From positions 1,632 to 65,631 of the forward strand of contig DUSU01000047.1 of NCBI GenBank assembly GCA_012842425.1: a DNA stretch of 64,000 nt, read 5' to 3'. The notes beneath the pieces were generated by a model, which did no database searches, was not told the origin of the DNA, and saw nothing but the letters and a program-made list of their open reading frames with translations. Both the position numbers and the translations under genes were made by a program. Numbering within the stretch: the first letter of the stretch is position 1; each line of letters starts with the position of its first letter. The stretch is from Candidatus Fermentithermobacillaceae bacterium. Its GTDB lineage: Bacteria; Bacillota; Sulfobacillia; Fermentithermobacillales; Fermentithermobacillaceae. Of the stretch, positions 8,008 to 18,210 are shown piece by piece.

Positions 8008-10914
8008 GTGAGAAGGAGTGGCGGAATACTTGGGGCAGTCATGGCTGCAGTGCTGGGCGTGTGCGCTATCGGGGTGAGCTCCGGGAGTGTAGAGAGCGCG
8101 GTAATTGCAGCCCCCGACCCGGTACAGGTGCGCGCGGCAGCGGTAGCGTCTCCGACCGGGGATCCCGGTACTGCTCAGCGAGCCTCAGAGTACAACCTTG
8201 ACGCCCTTGGCGTTGTGAGACTACGCGCCGAGACCGGTGCTTCAGGACTAGGGCAAACCCTCTGCATCGTTGATACTGGGACCGACCCCCGTGTATTTGG
8301 GGGCTCGGGGACCCGGGCGCCCGAAAGGATACTTGACTGGATTGATTTGACCGGAGAGGGAAGCGCGACTCTGGTCGGAGGCTACGAGGCAGCGTCCGGG
8401 ATACTCAACGTAGAAGGGATTCGTTTCAATGTGGGCAGCGTGGCCAGCCGCAGCGGTCATTACATAGTTGGGAAGATTCCAAGTGCCATCACCGGAAAGC
8501 TCGGTTCAAACAAGCAGGTGTACTTCGTGGTTTCCGACCCCGATTCACCCGGCCGCTACGATACTGTCACGATTGATACGGACTCAGACTTGGACTTTGG
8601 AGATGAGGTGCCTCTTCGCGAGTTCAGGAATAACCGTTCCTTTGCGGTGATTGCCCTCTCAGAGGAGCGCTCCATAGGAATAGTGCTTTCGCGTCTCGAT
8701 CTAAGCAAGGAACTCGTTTCGTTTGGCTTCGACCTGAACGGTCACGGAACCGGGCTTGCTGCGTTGGCCGCCGGTTCCGGTGCTCTAGCAGGCGTGGCCC
8801 CTGAAGTAAACGTTGTCATAGTGAAGTCGCTTACTTCAGACGGCCTTGGAAGCTGGAGCAATATAGTAAAGGGCATTGAGGAAGCGATCTCGGCCAAAGC
8901 CGGTGTTATCCTTGTTGGGTCGGCGCGTGAGAGGGTGGCGGATGATACCGACTGGACGGCCCTTCAGAAGAGGGTCGCCGATATGGGTAGTCACCTGGTG
9001 CTTCCGGCAGGGAACGCCGGGCCCGGGGTAGGTACAATAACCGTATCTACTGGAGCCGATACAACTATCCTAGTCTCAGGGTACCTTCCCAAGACCAGCA
9101 CCAACCTCCTACTGAACCAGAACTACGCGAGCGACCTATGGTACCCGCTCTCGTCCTGCGGCCCTGACCCCAAGGAAAACAGGGGGCCTCTGGTCGCCGC
9201 TCCGGCGATAGCACCGCTTCTCTCGTTCAGGGGTGACGGGAGTGTCTCGTTCTCCAACATCGAGGGAACTTCGGTATCGGCTGCTTATGCAGCAGGTTGT
9301 GTGGCACTGCTCCGCCAGACCCACACGAACGCGAGCGGTACCCTCACGAGACCTGTCGCTTTCGTCACGGCAAGCCTTGCCCAAGGCGCCTCGAAGATCC
9401 CCGGCGTGTTGCCCGTCGAGCAGGGGAATGGGCGACTCGACGTCGCAGGGGCTTTCAGCATTCTCCGTTCCCGGACCGACTACAGGAGCATGCTCTTCGT
9501 GGGGACTTGGGATGGTGTCTCAGGTCCAGGCGGCATATGGGCGAAAGGTGTCATCCCCGGGGCTTTCCCCTTGTGGCTAGATAACTACGCGCCGGTTGCG
9601 AGGACGGCCCACCTTGCCTCGGATGCTTCCTGGCTGAGGATGAGGAGCGACCTTCTGTCCATGGGGCCGGTGAGCCAGCGGAATACGGTTGCCTACGGGA
9701 GCGATGAGTTGGGGCCGGGGTTCTACTGTGGCGAGATTACGGCGGACGACGTTGGAACCATGGGGATTGATACGTCTTTTGCAGTGAGTGTGAGCGTGCC
9801 CCACCAGTTTAACCCCCAGGGCAAGGTATCATTTGATATCAAGGAAGAGGCGTCTCCGGTGGCCCGGCAGTTTATCAAACTGCCCGAAACCTCGGAGTCA
9901 CTTACCTTAACACTTGCCGGGTCGAAGCCCGGACAGCGATACGCGTTGTACAACCCGGACGGCTTCCTGGTACGCCAGGGTTCTCTTAACGGTTCCGTAA
10001 CCATAAGGATCGGCCTTCCCAAGCCCGGATTGTGGCAGGTGTGCGTCTACAACCCGGATGGAAAGCCGGTCGCAGCGCCTGTCCAGGTTCAGGCCTCTTT
10101 GGATGGTTTCTTCGGGTTCGAACTAGGTTCGACTCTGAAGTCTCAATACTATCTCGTCGGTTCTCCGGGAAGCGCGGTCACGGTCACGCCTTCTGCTCCG
10201 ACGCGTGAAGCGGAATGGCGGCATAGAAGCTCTTTCACTCAGGAGACCGGCCGGAGCACCCAGATCATGCTTCCCGACGTGGAGGAAGCGGCGACCGCTC
10301 TCTCCATCCGCTTTGGCGCGGCGAGTGGAAACGTCCTAAGGGCATACCTAATGCGCTTCGACAAGACTTCCTTAAGGTGGATAGAAGTCGGAAGGGCGCT
10401 CACGACAAACTCCGGAGTGGGTGAGATCCATCTCCCGAACCCGGTGCCCGGCAAGTACACTGTCTACATCGAGGCGTACGGAGCTGGCCCCCACGCCTAT
10501 GTAGAGGTAGATATGAACCTCATCGGAGCCGGGACGGGTACCCCAATTAAGGGAATACCGAACTCGATAGCTGCGGGGTATTCAACCCTGGAGCTCCCCC
10601 TCCCGGCCGGCGACTCCGAGCCGCTTAACCTCCTGGTCCTCAGGACTTCCGATTCCAAGGTCATCGGAGTCTTGGAACGGCCTCATCTGAACGTGTCGGA
10701 TATACCTGTAGTGCAGGTTTCTCAGGGTTCCGACATCAAGACCGTGAAGGCGTTCTGGAGGACCAATCTGAAGCCCGCGGACGTGCTCGTCACCATCGGC
10801 GGAGTCGGCTATCAGCTGATAGACGGCCGCATGACTGCCCCTATCGCAGATGGACAGCTACCCTCTTACCGGACGGAGGATGGCAGACGGGTCGTGCTGG
10901 TGCAGCCTGACTAA
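8008..10914 (+). CDS. Secreted subtilisin-like serine protease (peptidase S8) with a long C-terminal beta-rich extension
   Basis: Catalytic triad contexts LCIVDTGTD (Asp), NGHGTGLAALAAG (His) and IEGTSVSAAYAAGCVALL (Ser). The start was chosen at in-frame GTG 8008, giving an RR-containing signal peptide MRRSGGILGAVMAAVLGVCAIG; the track's start at 7969 is also possible. Confidence 0.8.
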   Translation: MRRSGGILGAVMAAVLGVCAIGVSSGSVESAVIAAPDPVQVRAAAVASPTGDPGTAQRASEYNLDALGVVRLRAETGASGLGQTLCIVDTGTDPRVFGGSGTRAPERILDWIDLTGEGSATLVGGYEAASGILNVEGIRFNVGSVASRSGHYIVGKIPSAITGKLGSNKQVYFVVSDPDSPGRYDTVTIDTDSDLDFGDEVPLREFRNNRSFAVIALSEERSIGIVLSRLDLSKELVSFGFDLNGHGTGLAALAAGSGALAGVAPEVNVVIVKSLTSDGLGSWSNIVKGIEEAISAKAGVILVGSARERVADDTDWTALQKRVADMGSHLVLPAGNAGPGVGTITVSTGADTTILVSGYLPKTSTNLLLNQNYASDLWYPLSSCGPDPKENRGPLVAAPAIAPLLSFRGDGSVSFSNIEGTSVSAAYAAGCVALLRQTHTNASGTLTRPVAFVTASLAQGASKIPGVLPVEQGNGRLDVAGAFSILRSRTDYRSMLFVGTWDGVSGPGGIWAKGVIPGAFPLWLDNYAPVARTAHLASDASWLRMRSDLLSMGPVSQRNTVAYGSDELGPGFYCGEITADDVGTMGIDTSFAVSVSVPHQFNPQGKVSFDIKEEASPVARQFIKLPETSESLTLTLAGSKPGQRYALYNPDGFLVRQGSLNGSVTIRIGLPKPGLWQVCVYNPDGKPVAAPVQVQASLDGFFGFELGSTLKSQYYLVGSPGSAVTVTPSAPTREAEWRHRSSFTQETGRSTQIMLPDVEEAATALSIRFGAASGNVLRAYLMRFDKTSLRWIEVGRALTTNSGVGEIHLPNPVPGKYTVYIEAYGAGPHAYVEVDMNLIGAGTGTPIKGIPNSIAAGYSTLELPLPAGDSEPLNLLVLRTSDSKVIGVLERPHLNVSDIPVVQVSQGSDIKTVKAFWRTNLKPADVLVTIGGVGYQLIDGRMTAPIADGQLPSYRTEDGRRVVLVQPD

Positions 10915-10990
10915 ACGATATTAGCCGGCCGGAGTATAATCCAGGTAACAGACATAGACAACCGGTTTACTATGCCATTCCCGTGAGGAA

Positions 10991-12502
10991 GTGACTGCCG
11001 TGTCCAGATCGAGATTTATGTACATATCAGCTTTGAGGCCGTTTTCCCGCGTCCTCTTAGCCCTTTTCCTGGTAATTGCCCTCTTCGTGCCCGCGGCTTG
11101 TCCGGCGCTGGCTGCCGCCACTTCGGGGAACGAGCCCCAAGAGGAAACCACTTATGAGTTCCAGGTTCCCGCCGCGGAGAAGCTCTTCATGGAGATCCTC
11201 CTTCAGGTGAAGGACCTGGCTGCCCGGGTACACCCAACAGATGTGACAACCAAGGCGATGTACGAGGGGATGCTGAGGGGCCTCATGGAGAGCCTGGGCG
11301 ATCCTTACTCCGAGTACATGACGCTCGACGAGTATACGAAGTTCTCAACCGCGCTGGAGAGCACCTACTCGGGAGTGGGCATAGTCATACAGATGGTTGA
11401 CGGCAAGGTCACCGTCATGAGCCTTGTTAGAGGCGGACCGGCAGAAAAGGCCGGGGTGAAGCCGGGAGATATAATCACCAGCGTAGACGGCGTGGAGTAC
11501 ACAGACGTGAACGATGTCGCCAATGCGCTGCGCGGTCCCGAAGGCACCAGTGTCGTCCTATTCGTGACACGTCCTTCAACCGGAGAAACGCTGTACTTCG
11601 GACTAAGCCGCGAGCGTATCACTCCTTCGGCCGTAGAAGCCGAGGACTTGGGCGACGGCGTGTTCTATATAGACATAGACCAGTTCGACACCGGAGTTGC
11701 CATGACTTTCGGCGCGGAGATCGAAAGGATCAAGGGCCTTGGCGCTAAAGGCCTGATCCTCGACCTCCGGGATAACCCGGGCGGGCTTTTGGATGCAGGC
11801 GTGGAGGTCGCCCGGAACCTGGTGCCCAGAGGGCCAATCGTCGAACTGCAAGGCAAGGCGGGGAGACAGATAGTAACCAGTTTTAAGGATACGGAGCCCA
11901 TCCCGGTAGTCGTCCTTGTGAACGAGAGGACCGCCAGCGCTTCAGAGATAGTGGCCGGCGCCATCCGCGACTACAAGGTTGGTATCTTGGTTGGAAAGCA
12001 GACCTTTGGCAAGGGCAGCATCCAGCAGGTTATCCCGTTGGGAGAGGAGCTGGGGGCCATCAAGCTGACAATAGCCGAATACTTCACCCCGTCTGGAACC
12101 GCTATTTTGGGTACCGGACTTGCCCCCGACATCGAGGTTGGTGATGAGGCCGTTTCTGCGCCGAGACTCGAGCACACGAAGACGCTTCGCAGAGGATCTG
12201 TAGGGCTTGAGGTGCAAGCGCTCCAGGAGACCCTGATCTTCCTCGGGCATTCGCTGGGACAGGCCGACGGTATCTTCGGGCCGCGCACCGAACAGGCCGT
12301 ACGGGACTTCTTGGCAGGTAAGGGCAGGACCTATGCCGGGTATGTCGGCGCCGAAGAGGTTGAGCTCCTGAACCAAGCCGTGTTGGCGAAAGCCGCCGGT
12401 GCCCCGGACGCCGCGTACCTGAAGGCAGTGGAAGCACTAAAGGAGCGCCTGCAGACCGGAGAGTGGCCGGCTGCGGCCCAGAGGACGCACGAAGCTTCCT
12501 GA
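10991..12502 (+). CDS. ctpA: Carboxyl-terminal processing protease (peptidase S41, PDZ domain) with a C-terminal peptidoglycan-binding domain
   Basis: S41 motifs RTASASEIVAGAI (Ser) and TFGKGSIQ (Lys). A PDZ segment (VRGGPAEKAGVKPGDIITSVDG) and a C-terminal PG_binding_1-like segment (LQETLIFLGHSLGQADGIFGPRTEQAVRDF) are present. Confidence 0.85.
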   Translation: MTAVSRSRFMYISALRPFSRVLLALFLVIALFVPAACPALAAATSGNEPQEETTYEFQVPAAEKLFMEILLQVKDLAARVHPTDVTTKAMYEGMLRGLMESLGDPYSEYMTLDEYTKFSTALESTYSGVGIVIQMVDGKVTVMSLVRGGPAEKAGVKPGDIITSVDGVEYTDVNDVANALRGPEGTSVVLFVTRPSTGETLYFGLSRERITPSAVEAEDLGDGVFYIDIDQFDTGVAMTFGAEIERIKGLGAKGLILDLRDNPGGLLDAGVEVARNLVPRGPIVELQGKAGRQIVTSFKDTEPIPVVVLVNERTASASEIVAGAIRDYKVGILVGKQTFGKGSIQQVIPLGEELGAIKLTIAEYFTPSGTAILGTGLAPDIEVGDEAVSAPRLEHTKTLRRGSVGLEVQALQETLIFLGHSLGQADGIFGPRTEQAVRDFLAGKGRTYAGYVGAEEVELLNQAVLAKAAGAPDAAYLKAVEALKERLQTGEWPAAAQRTHEAS

Positions 12503-12524
12503 GATATAGATAGCGACAAACGGA

Positions 12525-12575
12525 CCGGGTGCCCGGGAGGTTATCAATCCCCCGCGGGCACCCGGATGGTTTTCA
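12525..12575. terminator. Convergent-gene terminator-like GC hairpin between ctpA and the wzz-like gene
   Basis: ccgggtgcccggg ... cccgcgggcacccgg inverted repeat followed by GGTTTTC. Confidence 0.35.
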
Positions 12576-12637
12576 CCGTTGTCTTTGCCCGTGCGCTCTG
12601 CCTAGGTGGGACCGGGCGCACCGGCTGGCTAGCTCCA

Positions 12638-13768
12638 TTAACCTACCTGCGATATCCCGGCCGGTTTCCTCGGTGAGCGCCAGTACTCTATGATGAAGAC
12701 CGCCAGGACGGACATGAAGCCCCCAAGCACTGCTGCGACTACTGTGTTCAGGAGTTTGTGCGGCTTGACAGGACTGACGGGCTCCACGGCAGGCGAGACC
12801 AAGGTTGTCTGAGGCATGGTAGTTGTGAGTTCGCCGATTCTGTCGGTGAAGGAGGCAATCTGGGCGACCAGTTCGGCCTCTTCGGACTCGAGCTCATTCA
12901 GCCTGTTTTGGTAATCGAGGAGCAGGGCGCATTTGGTCTCGTAATCGTTCTTAAGGGACGGGAGCGTAGACGCGATCCACTGGAGCCTCGTCTGGGTCTC
13001 ACCCAGTTCTACTTTCTTGAAGGCCAGGCTTTCGCTGAGTCTCTCGTACGTCTCGTTGGGCACTTCTGTGGGCTGTCCCGACCAGTCGGGCGGGCCGGAC
13101 ACCGTCCTAGGAACTGTTACCAGCTCCTTTTCCAGCTCCTCAATACCCTTCTCAAGCTCGCGTATTCGGAGATTCCCATCGACCTCTTGCGCCAGGTAAG
13201 ACGTTATCTGTCCGGCCAACCTGCTTACCTCGTTCTGCAGGGCGACCAGATTCGCGGTCTGCTTGAACTCCGCGAGGTCCTTCCTGACCTTTGCCAGGCT
13301 TGCCTGGGCCGCAGCCCGCTGTTCCTCAAAATACCTTACAGACGATGCCGTGGTGCTGTCGTGGGTTTTCCTTACGAAAGCAAGGAATTGAGAGGCGATC
13401 TCGTTGGCTATGCGGGTCGATAGATCGCTGCTCTCTGTCTCGACACAAATCGTAGTAAGTACCGATGACGACCTGGATGCCTCAACCGACACGGCTCTTG
13501 AAAGCGAGAAGGCGTCGTACTGGTCCTCCAGGTCTAAACTGTCTATTACAAGGCTCATGAAGTGAGGGCTCTTTATGACTTCCGCAGGCACCGGAGCTTG
13601 CGGGGCCAGGATCTGCACCGACGCCTGGTAGACCGGCTTCAGCACAAAGAAGCTAATGGCGGCGGCTGCAAGCGCCGCGACTAGCGTAATTCCCACTATG
13701 AGAAACCGCCAGCGCCAGAGAATATCTATGTACTCTCTGAGATCAATTTCGTCCGCATATGTATCCAA
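12638..13768 (-). CDS. Polysaccharide co-polymerase / chain-length determinant (Wzz/PCP family) without a kinase domain
   Basis: N-terminal TM helix (FLIVGITLVAALAAAAISFFVL), a long coiled-coil periplasmic region and a C-terminal TM helix with a PxxP-like motif (PVSPVKPHKLLNTVVAAVLGGFMSVLAVFII). TTG start with GGGAGG RBS. Confidence 0.7.
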   Translation of the reverse strand: MDTYADEIDLREYIDILWRWRFLIVGITLVAALAAAAISFFVLKPVYQASVQILAPQAPVPAEVIKSPHFMSLVIDSLDLEDQYDAFSLSRAVSVEASRSSSVLTTICVETESSDLSTRIANEIASQFLAFVRKTHDSTTASSVRYFEEQRAAAQASLAKVRKDLAEFKQTANLVALQNEVSRLAGQITSYLAQEVDGNLRIRELEKGIEELEKELVTVPRTVSGPPDWSGQPTEVPNETYERLSESLAFKKVELGETQTRLQWIASTLPSLKNDYETKCALLLDYQNRLNELESEEAELVAQIASFTDRIGELTTTMPQTTLVSPAVEPVSPVKPHKLLNTVVAAVLGGFMSVLAVFIIEYWRSPRKPAGISQVG

Positions 13769-13857
13769 TGGCCAAACCTCCCGGGCGCGGTGAGCCCGTG
13801 CGCTCTACTGAAGTCCTCTACTGCCCGGCCTGACCGTCCTTGGCGTGGAAACCTGGG

Positions 13858-16434
13858 CTACCTGGAAGGCCTGATAACGCCGAAGACGGAAGCCGTTGCA
13901 AGCACTTCGACAGGATCCGGAGCAAACCCTTCAGGGAGTGATGCCTCATGCCCCGCGACTTCCGCCAGAGCGGCCAGCCACTTGTGGGCTTCTTCAGCCA
14001 AGGCATCGTCTTTGGCGGCGGCCTCGAGGAGAATGCTGCTTGCCTCGATTTCGCCGCGCAAGTACGCTACCTGGCCGGCAGCCAGCGCTATCCTCGGGGT
14101 GAAGTTCAGCCCGCTCGGATCGAACACCTTGGCATATATGCCCGTGACGCGTTCCCGCTTCGTGTCGAGGATGCGGAAAGCGGATGACAGGAGCTCGGCG
14201 CTGTCATATAGCTTGTTCAGGTGCTCTTTACGTTGGGCTTCTTCGATATCCGGATTGGAGAGTCCCTCTAGGTGCTGCTCGATACAGGTCCTTCCGAGAT
14301 CCGAGAACGTTTCGTAGAAGGAACGGTTCGTAGGCATCATCAAGATGAGCTCGTAGTGAGCCTTTAGGGCATCGTCTATCTCGCCGATCTTCCTGAGCAT
14401 CTGGTACTCCAGGATCTGCCGGTCCATGTTTGTCGGGTCGGCCAGCCGGGCTGCCTTAAGGTACAGGGGGACCATGTTCTTGGATGCCGGGTTTTTCGTG
14501 GCCAAATAGTCATCTACAGCCCATTCGGCGAGTTCCAGGGGATAAGTCGGGTTCCACCTGTCTCGCTTAGCCGCCTCTACCAGGTAGGACTGTGCCTGCT
14601 TGATGTCTCCCGAAGCATGGGCGTACATCGCTCTGGAGCCATATTCGATACCGCTATAGAGCCTGTTGGCGGTGAGTGTCACTGCCGGCACAAGGGCGAG
14701 GGCCGCGAGCACAGTAAAGGCCATGGATAGGGAGAAAGACAAGCCTTTGTCCGGTTTCTTAGATCCCTTCTTTTGCGTCTTCTTTCCGGCGAACTTCGGT
14801 GCAAACTGGAGGACTGTGGACCTAAAGAGCCGCGGCAGGTAGCGTCCCACGTCTGAGATCAGGACTGCCATGGCGGCGTACATGTCAACGGCAATGGCGG
14901 GCAGCGAGAGATCGAAGTCCAGCGCGCTGTGGGCTCCGAGGGCGAGAACGGCCATGGCCGACGACGCCACTTTCGTCGCGAAGGCCGGTCCTTCTTGGGG
15001 ATCAGTCCAACCGGACGACGGAGCCTCCGGCAAGTCATCTTCATCGTAGGCTTTAAGGTACGCCTTGATGGCCGCGTAAGCCAGCACGGCCCACAACGCA
15101 ACGTAGATCAGGAGACCGGGGAAACCGATCTCCACGAGCATCTGCGCGAAATGGTTGTGGGTTTCGGTGAACCAGTAAGGCGTCCGGTGGTATTGGTGAT
15201 ACAGGGCCTCCCACCCGCCCGCTCCGGCGCCGAAAGGATATCCCAAGGCGATGGAGAGGGCGTCCTTTGTCGCGAATACGCGGATGAGCATGCTCCTATC
15301 CAGCAGTGTGACGGTCTTAAGCTGGGAGATTACGCGCTCCGGCAGGATTTTGGCAAGGACCGTCTGGGTAGACGGGTTTCTGACTGCAGCGATTAAGGCC
15401 AGGCTGCCCAGGACGGCTGCGAGGCCGATGACGGCTACTCTAAAGAAAACCACTTTCGCCGGCGCGGGCCTGCTCTCTTGAGAAGGAGAGGAGAGAGAGG
15501 GCGATGCCGTAGTCGCGACTTCGCTCGAAGGATGGACCGGGCGGCGGACAAGCTTGTCCAAATGCCTCCTGGCAAGGTCGAGGACCGCTGCAAGGAGGAG
15601 ACCGATAAGAAGCCCTTGTTTCATACCGGACGTGTCATTGTCCTTAAGCGCCGCATCCATCTTTGAAGCCACGGCTGCGAAGGAGATCAAGCTGACCGCT
15701 ACGCGCGAAGCTATCTCCCGGCGGTGCCCCTTGGGAAGGAGTGCCAGGTAGATGGCCAGGAAACCGCCGAACATGAGGAGCGTCGCCCGGGAGTTCGTGA
15801 GGAAGACCGAACCCACCAGAAGGAACGCTATGGCCGAGTATAAGACGCCGGCTATCGTGTCCCGTATAGGGCAACCGAAGCTCTCGGTCCAGGCGTAGTA
15901 CACGAAAAACAAAAGGAACATGGCGTAGGCCGCAAGGGCGTTGGGGTACTGGAAGGAGCCCAATAGCGCGCCTGATTGCACCGATTTAGGATACTGGGCG
16001 ATCCCCGCAGCCGTCAGGTACCCCGCAAGCGCCACTACCACGCCGCTCACTATGAGGAGGTTACGGACGATCCGTTGGCCCAGTAAGTTCGAGCACACGT
16101 ACCGTGCCATGATGAACACCATGACGTACCCGCCGTACTTTAGGGCGCCGTCCATGGCCTTCATCTTTGATTGAGCCCACAGGTTGGTTAGGAAGTAGAG
16201 CCCTGCGATTGAAGCGAGGAGTATGTCTATGTCGCCCCGCCATATCCCGTCGCCTCTGAGTGCGGCCAGGACCGAGACCAGGGCGAAAAGGATGCCTACC
16301 CTGGATAGGTACGGCAGGTAATCTTCTCTGAAGAAAAGCCCTCTCTTGAGGGTGGGGCTTAGAAGCACAAATGCAAGGATGCCTGATATAAGCAGTGTGA
16401 CTACGATTGAGTTCTTAAGACCTGTCTTTGACAA
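13858..16434 (-). CDS. O-antigen ligase/polymerase family (Wzy_C) polytopic membrane protein fused to C-terminal TPR repeats; WsaB/PglL-like O-oligosaccharyltransferase candidate
   Basis: About 12 predicted TM helices with the Wzy_C signature THNHFAQMLVEIGFPGLL (H-N-x-x-L...E-x-G). The C-terminal ~330 aa form TPR-like helical repeats (AAKRDRWNPTYPLELAEWAVDDY..., YLRGEIEASSILLEAAAKDD). TTG start with GGGAGGAA RBS. Confidence 0.75.
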   Translation of the reverse strand: MSKTGLKNSIVVTLLISGILAFVLLSPTLKRGLFFREDYLPYLSRVGILFALVSVLAALRGDGIWRGDIDILLASIAGLYFLTNLWAQSKMKAMDGALKYGGYVMVFIMARYVCSNLLGQRIVRNLLIVSGVVVALAGYLTAAGIAQYPKSVQSGALLGSFQYPNALAAYAMFLLFFVYYAWTESFGCPIRDTIAGVLYSAIAFLLVGSVFLTNSRATLLMFGGFLAIYLALLPKGHRREIASRVAVSLISFAAVASKMDAALKDNDTSGMKQGLLIGLLLAAVLDLARRHLDKLVRRPVHPSSEVATTASPSLSSPSQESRPAPAKVVFFRVAVIGLAAVLGSLALIAAVRNPSTQTVLAKILPERVISQLKTVTLLDRSMLIRVFATKDALSIALGYPFGAGAGGWEALYHQYHRTPYWFTETHNHFAQMLVEIGFPGLLIYVALWAVLAYAAIKAYLKAYDEDDLPEAPSSGWTDPQEGPAFATKVASSAMAVLALGAHSALDFDLSLPAIAVDMYAAMAVLISDVGRYLPRLFRSTVLQFAPKFAGKKTQKKGSKKPDKGLSFSLSMAFTVLAALALVPAVTLTANRLYSGIEYGSRAMYAHASGDIKQAQSYLVEAAKRDRWNPTYPLELAEWAVDDYLATKNPASKNMVPLYLKAARLADPTNMDRQILEYQMLRKIGEIDDALKAHYELILMMPTNRSFYETFSDLGRTCIEQHLEGLSNPDIEEAQRKEHLNKLYDSAELLSSAFRILDTKRERVTGIYAKVFDPSGLNFTPRIALAAGQVAYLRGEIEASSILLEAAAKDDALAEEAHKWLAALAEVAGHEASLPEGFAPDPVEVLATASVFGVIRPSR

Positions 16435-16755
16435 ACGGATTCCTCCCGAGAAAAAGTAGTTCGCCGTATCGCGAAACCATCCCTGCCTGCGATCGAACCG
16501 GCGAAGAAAGCCTTACCCGCGGCTAGGCTCGGAATCGAAGACAGTTTTCGCATTACACGGACCGTCACGGGCCCTTCCGGTAGCCCACCATTAAAGGTAG
16601 AATCGGATTGGCGGTGGAGAGCTGGCCGGGATGCGCTCGGCAGCTCGAGGGCGGATTCCCTGGGCCGCCGCTAGAAGAGAGTTTCCCGAGAAGGTCCCTC
16701 CCGAATCCCCGGCGCCTATGTCGCCGCGAGGGTAAAATCCCAAGAGGTGAGCCGA

Positions 16756-17199
16756 ATGGAGAAGAAAACGTGTCCCGATTGCCAGGAGAAGCTGCCCTCA
16801 CACAAAACAGAAGAGACAGGTCTCCCCGCAGCCTTTCTCCGCTTCCGTGTAAGTCAGATGGACGTAACCTACGGAGGCGGCATCGTAGCCGGGGGTACCG
16901 TCGTGAAATGGTTTGGAGACCTGGCTACGGAACTGTGCATACGGTACGATGGTGACGAAGGGCTCCTGGCGTCCTACGACCTCCTGGAGTTCAAGCGGCC
17001 AGTTCACGCCGGAGATTACCTTGAGTTCACGGGCAGGATCACCAAAGTCGGCAACCGGAGCCGGCGCATAGAGATGGAGTGCTACAAGGTGCTTGCTCCC
17101 GATCCTGACCGGGGTCCAACTGCCGCCAGGGTGCTCCCCGAACCCGAACTCGTGGCGCGGGCTCACGGTACGGTAGTCGCGCCAAAGCCGAAGGCCTGA
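16756..17199 (+). CDS. Hotdog-fold protein resembling 3-aminobutyryl-CoA ammonia-lyase (Kal)
   Basis: The blocks FRVSQMDVTYGGGIVAGGTVVKWFGDLATELCIRYDGDEGLLASYD...EFKRPVHAGDYLEFTGRITKVGNRSRRIEMECYKV match the Kal family pattern as I recall it. It sits directly upstream of a BKACE/Kce homologue, as in lysine-fermentation clusters. The start is ambiguous (GTG 16747 or ATG 16756). Confidence 0.5.
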   Translation: MEKKTCPDCQEKLPSHKTEETGLPAAFLRFRVSQMDVTYGGGIVAGGTVVKWFGDLATELCIRYDGDEGLLASYDLLEFKRPVHAGDYLEFTGRITKVGNRSRRIEMECYKVLAPDPDRGPTAARVLPEPELVARAHGTVVAPKPKA

Positions 17200-17340
17200 A
17201 AGCAGGAGGGAAGGACTTTGTGACGGCTTTGTCGAAGGGCCTTTTGAATGACATGCCGGTTCTTGCGTCTTTGTGTCCCGGGTCCATGTGACTCCCGGAG
17301 AGGCTCTCAGAAGAACCGGATTAGGAGAGGTGCCCCTGAG

Positions 17341-18162
17341 ATGGATCCCCTGATTATAACGGTGGCTCCCGTCGGCGCGGAGGTAACTCGGTCCCAGACC
17401 CCTTACATTCCGATAACACCTGAAGAGATTGCGGAAGAATGCTACCGGGCTTGGAACGAGGGTGCATCAATCGCCCACATACACGCCCGGAACCCTGACG
17501 GCAGTCCCACACAAGACCCGGCCGTGTACGCCCGTATTGTGGAGCTCGTGCGGGCCGAGACAGACCTTATCATACAGATATCCACGGGCGGGGCCGTCGG
17601 CATGACGGTAGAGGAACGCGTCGCCCCCGTATCGCTTAAGCCCGAGATGGCTACACTTACATGCGGGACGGTAAACTTTGGAGACGGTATATTCGTTAAC
17701 TCTCTATCCGACATGGAGCTTTTTGCCCAGAAGATCCGCGAAAACGGAGTGAAACCGGAGTTCGAGATCTTTGACGTGGGGATGATGGAGAACCAGCGCA
17801 GGCTCGCCACGAGAAAACTGGTTGATATGCCCGGTCACTTTGACTTCGTGATGGGTGTTCCGGGAGGGATTTCGGGAGACCCTCGTAACCTCATGCATCT
17901 TGTCTCAATGCTTCCCAATGACGGGTCGACCTGGTCGGTCGCCGGCATTGGCCGGCATGAACTCCCGCTCGGGGCGGTGGCCATCATCCTGGGAGGGCAT
18001 GTCAGAGTCGGTTTCGAGGACAACATCTATTATTCGAGAGGGGTACTGGCCAAGTCCAATGGCGAACTGGTCGCGCGCATGGCGAGGCTCGCCCGTGAAC
18101 TCGGAAGAGGCGTCGCTTCGCCTGTCGAAGCCAGAAAGATACTCAGACTCACTACTGACTAA
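17341..18162 (+). CDS. kce: 3-keto-5-aminohexanoate cleavage enzyme family (BKACE/DUF849) protein
   Basis: MDPLIITVAPVGAEV...IHARNPDGSPTQD...GGHVRVGFEDNIYYSRG is characteristic of the BKACE TIM-barrel family. RBS GGAGAGG lies upstream of ATG 17341. Confidence 0.75.
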   Translation: MDPLIITVAPVGAEVTRSQTPYIPITPEEIAEECYRAWNEGASIAHIHARNPDGSPTQDPAVYARIVELVRAETDLIIQISTGGAVGMTVEERVAPVSLKPEMATLTCGTVNFGDGIFVNSLSDMELFAQKIRENGVKPEFEIFDVGMMENQRRLATRKLVDMPGHFDFVMGVPGGISGDPRNLMHLVSMLPNDGSTWSVAGIGRHELPLGAVAIILGGHVRVGFEDNIYYSRGVLAKSNGELVARMARLARELGRGVASPVEARKILRLTTD

Positions 18163-18210
18163 CCAAAGGTTGTCATCCTACGATCGAACCATATTGAAAG
18201 GGGCGCCATC

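Noticed and set aside
12758-13423. 221-aa plus-strand ORF inside the wzz-like gene
   Set aside because: It is antisense to a gene with clear PCP-family architecture and has no recognisable domains.
16435-16755. Possible lysine (L-box) riboswitch in the GC-rich region upstream of the kal/kce pair
   Set aside because: An AGAAGAGAG segment loosely resembles the L-box 5' element, but the other conserved blocks could not be matched by eye. Left as a suggestion to scan, not called.
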